Below the pieces are notes generated by a model. The model had not been told where the DNA came from and ran no database searches. It was given only the letters and a program-made list of their open reading frames with translations. A program made the position numbers and the translations under genes. Below, piece by piece: positions 47,812 through 57,363 of a DNA stretch of 64,000 nucleotides. How positions within the stretch are numbered: the first letter of the stretch is position 1; each line of letters opens with the position of its first letter. Source of the stretch: a virus (taxonomy: Duplodnaviria > Caudoviricetes); IMG/VR virus record IMGVR_UViG_3300027917_004314. One strand, written 5' to 3'.

Positions 47812-48441
47812 ATGTTATGTACATCATGCGGATCTGAGGTTTTGCCATCATTTAAGCATGCTATAGCTCGCAACGAATGCCCAGCATGCGGCGGCCTCAT
47901 TATGGGTGAGGAATTCCTCGCCGCTGTGGAAGACGTCGGCAGAACAGTTTTAGAGTCAGCTTCTGTGAGGGAAGAGACGGCTCATAATATTGCCCTGGCA
48001 ATTGTAGCCAAATATAACTTAGATATCGGCAACTTAAACGTTCAACCGTCAGTGCCGGCCCGTCGTGCGCAGCAAGCACAGCCTGCGCCCAAGATTGCTC
48101 CTCCTAGTGCCATGAGGCAAGCAATAGAGAAGGAGTTTGGCGAGGTTGTCTCTCCAGAGGTTCCTCAAGGCATATCCGATGTTGAGCGCGAGAGAATTAT
48201 GGAGGAGGCGGTTAGGAAAAAATACAACATGGTTGATCACGCTACTGTAGACGAACTGCAGGCAGAAGCTGATAGAGTTTTCCCTCCAACTCCATCGTCC
48301 GGTGAAGTTGTCGGATTAGATTCTATTTTTTCAGAAGGAGCATCTAATCCGGTACTGGAAGAAGAAAGATTATATAGACTTGCAAAACAAAAAAGAGCTA
48401 TGGAAGGTGGCGGCGATAGCGCATTTCGCAGGAGCAGCTAA
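47812..48441 (+). CDS. Hypothetical protein with an N-terminal Zn ribbon
   Basis: CTSC...CPAC; GGAGGTG RBS. Confidence 0.75.
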   Translation: MLCTSCGSEVLPSFKHAIARNECPACGGLIMGEEFLAAVEDVGRTVLESASVREETAHNIALAIVAKYNLDIGNLNVQPSVPARRAQQAQPAPKIAPPSAMRQAIEKEFGEVVSPEVPQGISDVERERIMEEAVRKKYNMVDHATVDELQAEADRVFPPTPSSGEVVGLDSIFSEGASNPVLEEERLYRLAKQKRAMEGGGDSAFRRSS

Positions 48442-48737
48442 TGAGCATCCGAGTTGTGGATTTTAAGCAACTGGATATGACCGACGAAGAATTTGCCTAT
48501 TACAATCAACTAGTTGAAGCGTTTTCTGGTGGTAACTATTCAGGTAAAGAACAGTTCCATGACATGTTTGACGTGGATAATGATGGGTGTATTACTATAA
48601 TACGTCCACCAATCGGTAAAGAGGTTGGGTGGGCAATTCTTGTATTCTTGCAGAATTTGATGATTAATCAACGTCTTAGACGATTAGAAAGATGGGTTAG
48701 GAGCTTGAAAGATGAGCAGAGCAGTACTGACATTTAG
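48441..48737 (+). CDS. Hypothetical protein
   Basis: TAATG coupling. Confidence 0.7.
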   Translation: MSIRVVDFKQLDMTDEEFAYYNQLVEAFSGGNYSGKEQFHDMFDVDNDGCITIIRPPIGKEVGWAILVFLQNLMINQRLRRLERWVRSLKDEQSSTDI

Positions 48738-49230
48738 GGACTCTCTAAATATAGATAACTTCGATCCCTTGTCTATAGATATAGCGGAATTCACAGCACT
48801 TGCGCAATCTATGCCCAGGGATGCCAATTTAGACATACCGAACGCTGAGAAGTTAGCAGCCAAATATCTAAGGGCTGCGGACAGATGCAGTGAAATATTA
48901 TCTACACTTACGCTGTTAGAAGCCAGGGCAAGGGTACATAGAAATACTACTAAGCAAAGGCTATTTCTTGCTGCCAGAGATGTAGGACATACAACTGTCA
49001 GAGATAGAGAGGCATTTGCAGAAAGTCATCAGGATTTCATCGATGCCGAACATGGCTATAATGAAATATATGTAGTTAAGAAGAATTTTGAGAATAGACA
49101 TGAGTGGTTTCTTAAAGCGCATCAATATATGAAAGAGCGGTTAAGAGGAGAATATAGACATCAGCGTTCTGCTGGTTTCCAGGCAGTTGTTGATGACGAT
49201 GATAAACCATACGGTGAAAAGCAATGGTAA
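48712..49230 (+). CDS. Helical hypothetical protein, possibly a UvsY-like recombination mediator
   Basis: All-helical pattern and position near SSB/RecA; function is inference. Confidence 0.5.
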   Translation: MSRAVLTFRDSLNIDNFDPLSIDIAEFTALAQSMPRDANLDIPNAEKLAAKYLRAADRCSEILSTLTLLEARARVHRNTTKQRLFLAARDVGHTTVRDREAFAESHQDFIDAEHGYNEIYVVKKNFENRHEWFLKAHQYMKERLRGEYRHQRSAGFQAVVDDDDKPYGEKQW

Positions 49231-49517
49231 TGGTAAAAGAGTTTGATATGGACATGCATGTAGGCGGAGGGGCAAAGCCCCCCTTCTACAAAATATTAAT
49301 GGGAAACAACTACGGCAGTGGTTCTGTTTTTATAGTTACCAAGAAAGTTGATCTAGTTAGATCATCGAATAATGGTATGTTAGACGTGACGGGGTTTTGG
49401 ACAACGAATAGTGATGAAGATATAGATAATCTCGACAACAGATCAATATGTTCAATAATAATCCCAATAAGCAATATAGGTTATATCGAAAACTTAATGT
49501 ATAGGCCGCGTATATGA
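49224..49517 (+). CDS. Hypothetical protein
   Basis: ORF in the operon. Confidence 0.55.
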   Translation: MVMVKEFDMDMHVGGGAKPPFYKILMGNNYGSGSVFIVTKKVDLVRSSNNGMLDVTGFWTTNSDEDIDNLDNRSICSIIIPISNIGYIENLMYRPRI

Positions 49518-49622
49518 TGTTAACGTTGAAGAAACTTAGGTGTTGTTTCTACGGCAAATTACATCAAAAACTTAACATCCCGACTATGTGCAAGGAGCAC
49601 CAAGGGAAACTAGGAGGATAAT

Positions 49623-50315
49623 ATGGCCGAAGTAAAATATGGACAGCTTGCAAGCTGGGACGACGGAGACGTTTCCGGTCCCAACGATTTTATGAATCTG
49701 GTGGAAGGATCTAACAACGTAAGAGTTGTAACTAATCCTTATCAGTTCGTCGTTCACTGGACTAAGGATGCTAGCGGTTCTAACCGCAAGATCCGCTGCG
49801 CAATTGACAATTGTCCTTTGTGCAGATCCGGAGTAAAATCACAAACTCGTTGGTATATTGGGGTCATTGACCGTGCAAGTGGTCAGCCCAAGATTCTCGA
49901 GATCGGAAGCCAAATTTATAAAGGTATTAGGGATTATATCAGCTCAGACGAATGGGGTGAGATGATCAAACACAGCTGGGGAGAGATCATGGCATATGAT
50001 ATTAATGTCAAGCGTGGGCCGAAAGGAACACAGCCTCTCTATTCAGTTATGGGTAGCCCTAAAATGAAGGATATCACTGATGAGGAATCCGCCATGGTAG
50101 AGGGCTTTCTTGAGAGAGTAGACATCGCGAAGTTCACTCAGCCACCAAAGCCTGAAGAGGTAGCGGAAAAAATGGGTGCTTCTCCCGGTGGCAATGGAGC
50201 TACTCCTGCCGGTCAGCAATATGCTGTCGGCACTCAAACTGTCACCAACACTGAGGCTGGTGTTAAGCCAGCTATCGAAGACGACACCTTCGATTTCGGA
50301 GACGAAGACCTGTAG
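49623..50315 (+). CDS. T4 gp32-like single-stranded DNA-binding protein
   Basis: H...C....CPLC Zn site, aromatic beta-strands, acidic tail EDDTFDFGDEDL; GGAGG RBS. Confidence 0.7.
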   Translation: MAEVKYGQLASWDDGDVSGPNDFMNLVEGSNNVRVVTNPYQFVVHWTKDASGSNRKIRCAIDNCPLCRSGVKSQTRWYIGVIDRASGQPKILEIGSQIYKGIRDYISSDEWGEMIKHSWGEIMAYDINVKRGPKGTQPLYSVMGSPKMKDITDEESAMVEGFLERVDIAKFTQPPKPEEVAEKMGASPGGNGATPAGQQYAVGTQTVTNTEAGVKPAIEDDTFDFGDEDL

Positions 50316-50325
50316 TCTAAAACAT

Positions 50326-50369
50326 ACCAGCGGGGTTCCAAACTTTACGCGGCCTGGAACCCCGCTGGT
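50326..50369 (+). terminator. Perfect 15-bp inverted repeat after the SSB gene (terminator or mRNA stabiliser; no clear U-tract)
   Basis: ACCAGCGGGGTTCCA (50326-50340) / TGGAACCCCGCTGGT (50355-50369). Confidence 0.65.
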
Positions 50370-50385
50370 TCATTTGCAGGTGACC

Positions 50386-50997
50386 ATGGTTAAAGACACC
50401 AAGATTAAATCCATCGAGTTGGATGGAGGTTTTAAAGTAGCATACATGTCGTCTAGGCCACCGCGTCTGGAGGCCAAAATTATATTTGATCGAGACCACA
50501 TAAGCCAAAAATTAATCTTTACTATAATGGATATTTCTCACACCCACGGATTTGGGTGCTCCAGGCCACGGTTCGGGGGTATCGATGATCCAGACATGGT
50601 ATTTTTAATTGGTACTGTCCTACCATCTTCACGATCCCTGGAGAAGTATCTCACGCGCCTCAACGATTGTCTTATAGAGATGAGAGAATTCGCACAAGAA
50701 TTTATGCGCCAATTGGACTTTAGTAGGCTCGATATCTCAATGTTTAACGATATGGTAGATTTGGAAATATACCCAGAACAATTAGCAGCTCTTAGAGATC
50801 AATTGTATAATGGCTCATGGGAAACATTTTGCGAGGCCATGGAAGAAGAAGGCAGAGATGATATGGCTGATGTGGCATTAAAATGTATGAAGTTTGAAAA
50901 TCAAAACGACAAAGATTTGGGGTTTGTGGGACATAAGCTTGGACACATATTGGACCTGTTAGGTAGCCAAGAGAGTAATGCGGTGGAGATAAACTGA
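50386..50997 (+). CDS. Hypothetical protein
   Basis: ATG after the hairpin; the track's longer 5' extension overlaps SSB and is probably not real. Confidence 0.7.
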   Translation: MVKDTKIKSIELDGGFKVAYMSSRPPRLEAKIIFDRDHISQKLIFTIMDISHTHGFGCSRPRFGGIDDPDMVFLIGTVLPSSRSLEKYLTRLNDCLIEMREFAQEFMRQLDFSRLDISMFNDMVDLEIYPEQLAALRDQLYNGSWETFCEAMEEEGRDDMADVALKCMKFENQNDKDLGFVGHKLGHILDLLGSQESNAVEIN

Positions 50998-50998
50998 T

Positions 50999-51625
50999 AT
51001 GGCAAAGAAAAAGTCGGTTATAAAAGACAAGTTTGTCAAATTGCCGCGACGTAGATTATATGGAACAGGAAAAATTAGAATATTGGGGTTAGATTGTAGT
51101 TCTACCACGGTCGGCTGGGGCCTTATCACTTTGAATAAAAGCGGCCCGTCACTAGTGGCATATGGACATATAAAACCTTTAAAGGGTAAACATAGTCTTT
51201 TGGAAAAGCTAGATGATGTTCATCGTAGAATAGCAAATCTATGTTCTGATCTTAGCCCCTCCCATATAGCTATCGAAGATATATTATTATATATGAAAGG
51301 GAAGTCCGGTGCTAAAACCATAACTACTTTAGCTGTGTTTAATCGAATAATAGGGCTATCCGCATACCAAAATTCCGAAGCAAAGATTAAATTCTATTCT
51401 GTACAAACCATTCGGAAAATGATTAGAGATGCGTGTGATGGTACGACGGATCGTATATCGAAGAAAGACTTGCCTCATATTATCCGAACATGGTTAGAAC
51501 CAGGGTTCGAGGACGCTGTGAACAGTAAAGGTGCTGTAGAGGGCGAGACTTACGATGAGGGTGATGCAATCGCAGCTGCATGGTGTTGCGGGTTAGATCT
51601 AATGAAACAAGGTATGTCGAAATGA
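50999..51625 (+). CDS. ruvC: RuvC-like Holliday junction resolvase
   Basis: [26 protein letters not shown]. Confidence 0.78.
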   Translation: MAKKKSVIKDKFVKLPRRRLYGTGKIRILGLDCSSTTVGWGLITLNKSGPSLVAYGHIKPLKGKHSLLEKLDDVHRRIANLCSDLSPSHIAIEDILLYMKGKSGAKTITTLAVFNRIIGLSAYQNSEAKIKFYSVQTIRKMIRDACDGTTDRISKKDLPHIIRTWLEPGFEDAVNSKGAVEGETYDEGDAIAAAWCCGLDLMKQGMSK

Positions 51626-52650
51626 AAGATCCTTATGAGATTTTGGGTGTCGAGCCTGGTGCGTCGGAAGATGAGATTAAGAAAGCATATAAAAATCTTG
51701 CCCTCAAGTGGCACCCGGATGTACATCCAGACGACAAGGAGGACGCAGAAGAAAAGTTTAAAGAGATTAGTTCAGCATATGAAGTTCTAAAGAACAACAA
51801 TTGGACGAAACCTCCTGAAGGTTTTTCTTTTGATGGATTGAACATAGATTTTAATACTATGTTCAACCAATTTTTTTCTGGTTCCCGATTTACCGATATT
51901 TTTGGTTTGGGGAACTCTACAGGTCCATTTGGAAGGGGCCGCCCTAAACAACCAAAAATGCGCACCGGTAAGATAATGATTTCATTGGAAGAAGCATATA
52001 ACGGTTGTACGAAGAACCTTGATGTGATATGGAAAGAAGCTTGTGAAGAATGCGATGGTATTGGAGTAAAATTGAAGGACGCTTATTGTACGCGTTGTAG
52101 CGGCTATGGACAGATTAGGGTACAGCGCGGGTCAATGTTCCTTGGGACTACCTGTGCAAATTGTAATGGTTTCGGAAAAGAAATCGATTCCGCGTGTTCT
52201 AATTGTAATGGTAATCGTGAAATTAGGAAGTCAAAAAATATAACTCTAAGCATTCCGCCGTTCACGGCGCATGGCACTACAATTACTCCAGAGAGAATGT
52301 TTTCTATCCTTGTACTATACAAGCCGCATTCAGAATATGAATTGTCACGTAATATGGTAGACGTTAGCAGCAATACTACTATCGATATATTTAAGGCAAT
52401 GTTAGGGGGCACAGTCAAAGTTAAAACCCTGTCAGGAGAAAAAAATATAAAAATTTCGCCTACGTGCCAGCCGGGGACCACTCTTAGGATTAGAGGCGCT
52501 GGTATGATTAGTGGTGGCCGCGTGGGTGATCATTACGTGCAAGTTAAAGTGAAGTTGCCAGAAGATCTTACAGTGGAACAAAAGAGCTTGTTGCAAAAGC
52601 TTGATGCCACTACAAAAGGAGGAGAGAAAAATGGCAAAGAAACAGGATAA
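51622..52650 (+). CDS. dnaJ: DnaJ chaperone (J-domain, four CxxCxGxG repeats, C-terminal domain)
   Basis: [24 protein letters not shown]; [32 protein letters not shown]. Confidence 0.92.
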   Translation: MKDPYEILGVEPGASEDEIKKAYKNLALKWHPDVHPDDKEDAEEKFKEISSAYEVLKNNNWTKPPEGFSFDGLNIDFNTMFNQFFSGSRFTDIFGLGNSTGPFGRGRPKQPKMRTGKIMISLEEAYNGCTKNLDVIWKEACEECDGIGVKLKDAYCTRCSGYGQIRVQRGSMFLGTTCANCNGFGKEIDSACSNCNGNREIRKSKNITLSIPPFTAHGTTITPERMFSILVLYKPHSEYELSRNMVDVSSNTTIDIFKAMLGGTVKVKTLSGEKNIKISPTCQPGTTLRIRGAGMISGGRVGDHYVQVKVKLPEDLTVEQKSLLQKLDATTKGGEKNGKETG

Positions 52651-53782
52651 TTTAGAGTCCATATGGACACAGATGGAAAAGCTTTATGGTGATGACGGCT
52701 TGGCAGAAATAGAGGATATAGAGTCATTGCCATCTGGAAGTTATGCACTAGACGATGTCCTAGGCCTTTGGGGCAATGCAAGGGGCAGGTTGGTACAATA
52801 CGCTGGCAAAAAAAGTAGCGGCAAAACGCTAATGAGTCTGATGGCCGTAAAGGAATGGCAGAAACTAAACCCTAAGAATTGGGCTTATTTCATTGATGCG
52901 GAATGTACATTTGACAAATCGTGGGCGCAGAAACTTGGTGTTGACACCAGTCCAGCTAGACTGCGCATTTTGAAATCGAATAATGGTGCTGAGATTTTTG
53001 AGAAGCTGTGTGGAGTGCCACACAAAGAACCCGGCAAGTCTAAAGTTAAGCCTGGATTACTAGACATCATTAAAGAAAGAGGTGGTGCCGATACAACCGG
53101 ACTTGGCATTATAGTTCTAGACAGCATTGCAGCAGTAGCCCCACCGTTAGAAATGGCCAGTAGGTCTGGAAAGAGCAACATGGCCTTAATGGCTAGGTTC
53201 CTTCCGCCCGAATTGCGCAAGCTTATACCATTGTTAAGTGAAACTGGTGTAATGTTTATAGCGATTAATCAAGTGCGTACTAATCCAGGACAGTTGTATG
53301 GGGATCCAACGCAGACTCCTGGTGGAGCGGCATGGGATCATCATTGCTCTACTATGGTACATTTTACCATGCGAGAGGCAAAGGATGCAAAGATAATTGG
53401 TGACGAGGGCGTACCAATTGGGCATATTGTAATGGCAAGAATAGATAAAAATAAAGCTGCGCCTCCTTTTAGAAAGTGTGAATTCAGAGTAAAATACACC
53501 GAAGGCGTTGTAGATAGACATATAGAGATAGGACAGCTGGCCATACAATATGGTGTAGTAGAGCGCCCAAACAACCGTGTATATCTATATGGCGGGGACA
53601 AATATATAGGAAAAGACAATTTCTTTGATGCAATCAGGGCAAATGGATTATCATCGGAATTGTTTGGTAAAGTTAAAGAAGCTAAAGAATCTGGCGTTTC
53701 AGTTAGAAAAGACAATGTTGAAGCGGCCGAGGAAGAACAATGGGCCGATGTATCACCATCGGACGTCATAGAGGAGGAATAA
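52631..53782 (+). CDS. recA: RecA/UvsX-family recombinase
   Basis: [45 protein letters not shown]. Confidence 0.9.
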   Translation: MAKKQDNLESIWTQMEKLYGDDGLAEIEDIESLPSGSYALDDVLGLWGNARGRLVQYAGKKSSGKTLMSLMAVKEWQKLNPKNWAYFIDAECTFDKSWAQKLGVDTSPARLRILKSNNGAEIFEKLCGVPHKEPGKSKVKPGLLDIIKERGGADTTGLGIIVLDSIAAVAPPLEMASRSGKSNMALMARFLPPELRKLIPLLSETGVMFIAINQVRTNPGQLYGDPTQTPGGAAWDHHCSTMVHFTMREAKDAKIIGDEGVPIGHIVMARIDKNKAAPPFRKCEFRVKYTEGVVDRHIEIGQLAIQYGVVERPNNRVYLYGGDKYIGKDNFFDAIRANGLSSELFGKVKEAKESGVSVRKDNVEAAEEEQWADVSPSDVIEEE

Positions 53783-54109
53783 ATGCTTATAAATTGTACG
53801 ACAAAAGGATGTCTACAGCAAACTGAAGCAAAACTTAACAGGGACACTGGAGAGGTTATCTGCGATAGTTGTGGCAATCCGATCTCCAACATCACTTCAT
53901 TTACTAAGAAAGCCCTTAACAGTGTAGGACAAGTGCTTCGTAATCAAACCAAGAAAGCATTTCAGGCTCTTTGCAACCAATGTAAAGTTCACAGAGAGCT
54001 TTACATCGAGGGAGACAAGGCGTATTGCAAGACTTGTGGTTCACACGTACCTATTAGCGCCGCGTTTCTGAAAGGCCTAAAGCTTCATTTGAGCCAAGAA
54101 AAGGAATAA
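53783..54109 (+). CDS. Hypothetical protein with four CxxC-type pairs
   Basis: CTTKGC, CDSC, CNQC, CKTC. Confidence 0.75.
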   Translation: MLINCTTKGCLQQTEAKLNRDTGEVICDSCGNPISNITSFTKKALNSVGQVLRNQTKKAFQALCNQCKVHRELYIEGDKAYCKTCGSHVPISAAFLKGLKLHLSQEKE

Positions 54110-54111
54110 AT

Positions 54112-54882
54112 GTGGACAGCAGTGCAAGTAAGATTTTTGCACGGGTAGCAAAATTTTGCCACGGACGCCTCTTGAAAAATGAAGAGGTGATGGCATATCT
54201 GCTCGAAAACAGGCAAATACAAAAAGAGTTCATAGATAAGTTTCAAATAGGGCTGTTTCCTCAAGATTTAAGAGAACTTTTCGAGAAAGAGGATCCCAAG
54301 CAACTAAGAGAATTAGATATAATATATCACGCCTCATATAGCAGATTTAAGACTCAAGACCTTGTTATGCCAATTAGAGATGTCTACGGGAACTATATAG
54401 CCATTGCTGGTAGGACCAGATTACCAGAAAAAGAGCGTGGTGGTATACCTAAATATATGAATTCCATATATAAGAAAAGCCACCACCTTTTTGGCCTAAA
54501 CTTTGCCAAGAGAGATATCTTGAAAAAAGGAATAGTATATGTAGTAGAAGGGTACTTTGATGTTATCGCATCTCATCAGAACGGGATGGGTAATGTGGTG
54601 GCAGTTTGTGGTAAATACCTGTCTACTAGGCATATAGCATTGCTATCTAGATATACAGATCGTATCACGCTGTTATTTGATAATGAGGAAGAAGCGCAAC
54701 AGCGAGCCAAGAATATTGTTGATAAAAAACAATATAACGGCATAATGCTTACCGCCGCTAATCCTTTTCCGAGTGATGTCAAAGATATAGATGATTATTT
54801 CCTGGAGCACTCTGTCGAAGAATTAATGGCAACCTTGAAGTCGGAAGGAGACTATGGTAGTATTAGACCCTTATGGGAATGA
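54112..54882 (+). CDS. dnaG: DnaG primase catalytic core (RNAP-like + TOPRIM), no Zn finger
   Basis: R.I.....KFQIG, MPIRD..G..IAIAGR, PKYMNS, LFGL, VVEGYFDV, LLFDNE. Confidence 0.85.
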   Translation: MDSSASKIFARVAKFCHGRLLKNEEVMAYLLENRQIQKEFIDKFQIGLFPQDLRELFEKEDPKQLRELDIIYHASYSRFKTQDLVMPIRDVYGNYIAIAGRTRLPEKERGGIPKYMNSIYKKSHHLFGLNFAKRDILKKGIVYVVEGYFDVIASHQNGMGNVVAVCGKYLSTRHIALLSRYTDRITLLFDNEEEAQQRAKNIVDKKQYNGIMLTAANPFPSDVKDIDDYFLEHSVEELMATLKSEGDYGSIRPLWE

Positions 54883-54904
54883 CAAGTCAACAGAGGTGTC
54901 GTGT

Positions 54905-55348
54905 ATGGCGCGCAGACGCAACAAATCTGATTCTTACCAGTATAAAATCGTCGAGATAGCTGTGGACCCAAATGTTATGAATGATCTTCCATTTATGGAC
55001 AGTTTGGGTTCGCAGCTTAACTTGGCTAAGTATTCTGAGAGGTTCTACGAATTGAGGCAACAATTGTTAAAAGAGGTGTTAAGGATAATCAAGACGGACC
55101 TTACAGAAAGACAATGTGAGGTCGTGACGTTAAGATTACAAGGGCTAACGCAAATACAGATCGCAGAACAGCTTGGAATACACCAAACAACGGTTCATAA
55201 GCTCCTGATGGGCAATATAGACTACGCAAACGGCAAGAAACGCTATGGAGGAGCCATTAAAAAGTTAAAGAAAATCTGTTATAAAGACGAAAAAGTACTG
55301 AAAATACTCGAAGAAATGGATGATATAAGGGCCAAGGATGATGAATAG
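54905..55348 (+). CDS. Sigma70 region-4-like HTH protein
   Basis: LTERQCEVVTLRLQGLTQIQIAEQLGIHQTTVHK. Confidence 0.75.
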   Translation: MARRRNKSDSYQYKIVEIAVDPNVMNDLPFMDSLGSQLNLAKYSERFYELRQQLLKEVLRIIKTDLTERQCEVVTLRLQGLTQIQIAEQLGIHQTTVHKLLMGNIDYANGKKRYGGAIKKLKKICYKDEKVLKILEEMDDIRAKDDE

Positions 55349-55652
55349 AAACGAAGTATATACTCTTGTATACAGGGGTAATTTTGGATCCGTGAATTTC
55401 ATGTGTTTTATTGATAGAGAAAAAATGAAAAGAGAAATGTTGAGGCATCTGGGAAAAGGAGACGATTGCTATATAGTCCCTGGAGTGGTTGAACTTGTCG
55501 ATTTCAATGTTAGACATGACGAAGATGGCCATATCCAGAGTGTCCATATGGAGGATGAGCCAGATTATGTTGTGCCGACTAGAGTTGCTACCGTCGTAAT
55601 TGGCAAGGGATTGGCTGACTATCCCGACGAAAATAGGAAATGCTCACAATAG
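55338..55652 (+). CDS. Hypothetical protein
   Basis: ORF in the operon. Confidence 0.6.
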   Translation: MMNRNEVYTLVYRGNFGSVNFMCFIDREKMKREMLRHLGKGDDCYIVPGVVELVDFNVRHDEDGHIQSVHMEDEPDYVVPTRVATVVIGKGLADYPDENRKCSQ

Positions 55653-55837
55653 AATTAGTATCTGATTCAGAAGTTTTTGAATATGGCCCGGGACAAAGCG
55701 TATTGGTGTACGTAAATGAAAAGCAATTTATACAAGTCATGGTGGCTAAAGTGCTAAACTGCACTTTCTTTTATATCCATATTAACGGTAAAAAGGAAAA
55801 GATTAATAAAGTCAGAATTATATACAAAGCCGTATAG
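55640..55837 (+). CDS. Hypothetical protein
   Basis: ORF in the operon. Confidence 0.55.
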   Translation: MLTIELVSDSEVFEYGPGQSVLVYVNEKQFIQVMVAKVLNCTFFYIHINGKKEKINKVRIIYKAV

Positions 55838-55862
55838 TTCTCTGAGTATGAGATTATACTGA

Positions 55863-55893
55863 AGCCCAGGATTCCTTTTGGGCTCTTTTTTTT
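55863..55893 (+). terminator. Rho-independent terminator closing the replication operon
   Basis: AGCCCA...TGGGCT stem followed by C and T8. Confidence 0.8.
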
Positions 55894-56183
55894 GTTCCGC
55901 ATATTTTTATATAAATGGGATTAGTGCGTCTATTTTAATAGACGACTCAGTGCGTCATTTTAATAATTTCGGGCACTTGCGTATCTTTTCTCTAACATTT
56001 CACATACTTAAGTAATAAGTTTGTTATAATATATTTTATATCTGCCATCTTATTATCCCATCTTAGCATCTCTTGTCTACATTTCACTCTCTTGTTTCTA
56101 TCAATACATTGACATTATTGGTGAATGTGTTTTTTAACACTACACTTGTACGCTTAGCAAAGCTAATCTTGGAGGCTATGCAT

Positions 56184-57341
56184 ATGGAGAAATTTACGAT
56201 AGATCTCTCGGAAATCCAAAATATTATAGACGCGAACGATCAGACAAACAGGTTGCCCGTAGAGGGCAATGAACACCGGATGATCAGGGTGGCTTTTGAC
56301 TTTTTTCGTTTAAAAGGTGACGAGGCAGATGACCTATGGCAAGTACAGTCTTCTGACGACGGCGAATTTCTTGTTCGTACCTATTCTTTACCAGACGAAG
56401 AAGAAGACCGAGCCAAAACATCTTCTTGGTCTGTCTTCGCTGATAAAGACTGTGCAAATCTTACGATAGCCTACCAAGGTGTGCCGATTACCAGACTGGC
56501 AGCAGAGGATTATGGAGCAGAAACCCCTGAGGATGGAAAAATTCTTCAGGGTATTCTTTTTAATAGACTATCTACAGACAGCAATTTTGTGCAGAATTTA
56601 ATTGCCAGTTTACCAGAATCAAAAAGAGAGGCTTTTAAAACCATTCTCTCAAAATACTCTGACTATCAAGAATATTTTGAGACCAAGATGGAGGCCGCCG
56701 GAGTTTCTGACCCGTCTGAAATTCCAGAAGAACAAAGGAAAGAGTTTTGGGAAGAAGTGGATGAAGGATGGGAAGCAGAGCAAGAAGCGGACGGCCCATT
56801 GTTAATGGAACAAAAAGTTGAACAATGGAAACAGATGTCTCCCAAAGATAAATCTTTAGTCATCCCTGGCTGGGAAGAAATGACATATAGACAGCTGATG
56901 GGAGAAGTTGGCAAGCTTCCGGTGGTTACGCCGGGGGAAGTGAAGGTCACGCCTACTGCTCGCCAAGAGAAATGGATGCAGGAGCAAGAGCGTAGACGCA
57001 AAGAGATAGCTAGGCAATGGGCTGAAAAGGTTAAGAGGCAGCGTGCTATGAAAGAGATGATGAAGAGCGTTAGAACTACCGATCCTTTGGGCGGATTGGA
57101 AGCCGAACCTTTCAAAGCAGATGATGTAGATCCTGTTCTTGCCGCCATGGAAGAACGAATGCGCAAACAGGCAGAAGAAGAAACTTGTCCGCAGTGCAAG
57201 AAAGACCTAGAAGAGTGTAAATGCGAAAATGTTTTTTGGAACATTTGTCCAGAGTGTGTTGAGCCATGGTGGAAGTGTAAATGTAGATGCGACAAATGTA
57301 GGAAGCCATATAGAGATTGTAGATGCTATAAGATGATGTAA
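56184..57341 (+). CDS. Hypothetical protein with a Cys-rich C-terminal tail
   Basis: GGAGG RBS at 56171-56175; tail CPQC..CKC..CPEC..CKCRCDKC..CRC. Confidence 0.8.
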   Translation: MEKFTIDLSEIQNIIDANDQTNRLPVEGNEHRMIRVAFDFFRLKGDEADDLWQVQSSDDGEFLVRTYSLPDEEEDRAKTSSWSVFADKDCANLTIAYQGVPITRLAAEDYGAETPEDGKILQGILFNRLSTDSNFVQNLIASLPESKREAFKTILSKYSDYQEYFETKMEAAGVSDPSEIPEEQRKEFWEEVDEGWEAEQEADGPLLMEQKVEQWKQMSPKDKSLVIPGWEEMTYRQLMGEVGKLPVVTPGEVKVTPTARQEKWMQEQERRRKEIARQWAEKVKRQRAMKEMMKSVRTTDPLGGLEAEPFKADDVDPVLAAMEERMRKQAEEETCPQCKKDLEECKCENVFWNICPECVEPWWKCKCRCDKCRKPYRDCRCYKMM

Positions 57342-57363
57342 ATATAATTGGAGGCGATTTATA

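Noticed and set aside
50176-50385. 5' extension of the 50386-50997 ORF overlapping SSB
   Set aside because: It overlaps the SSB C-terminus and runs through the 15-bp hairpin; ATG 50386 is the more plausible start.
56109-56146. Sigma70 promoter at TTGACA 56109
   Set aside because: No convincing -10 hexamer at 16-18 nt spacing; TACACT lies 26 nt away.
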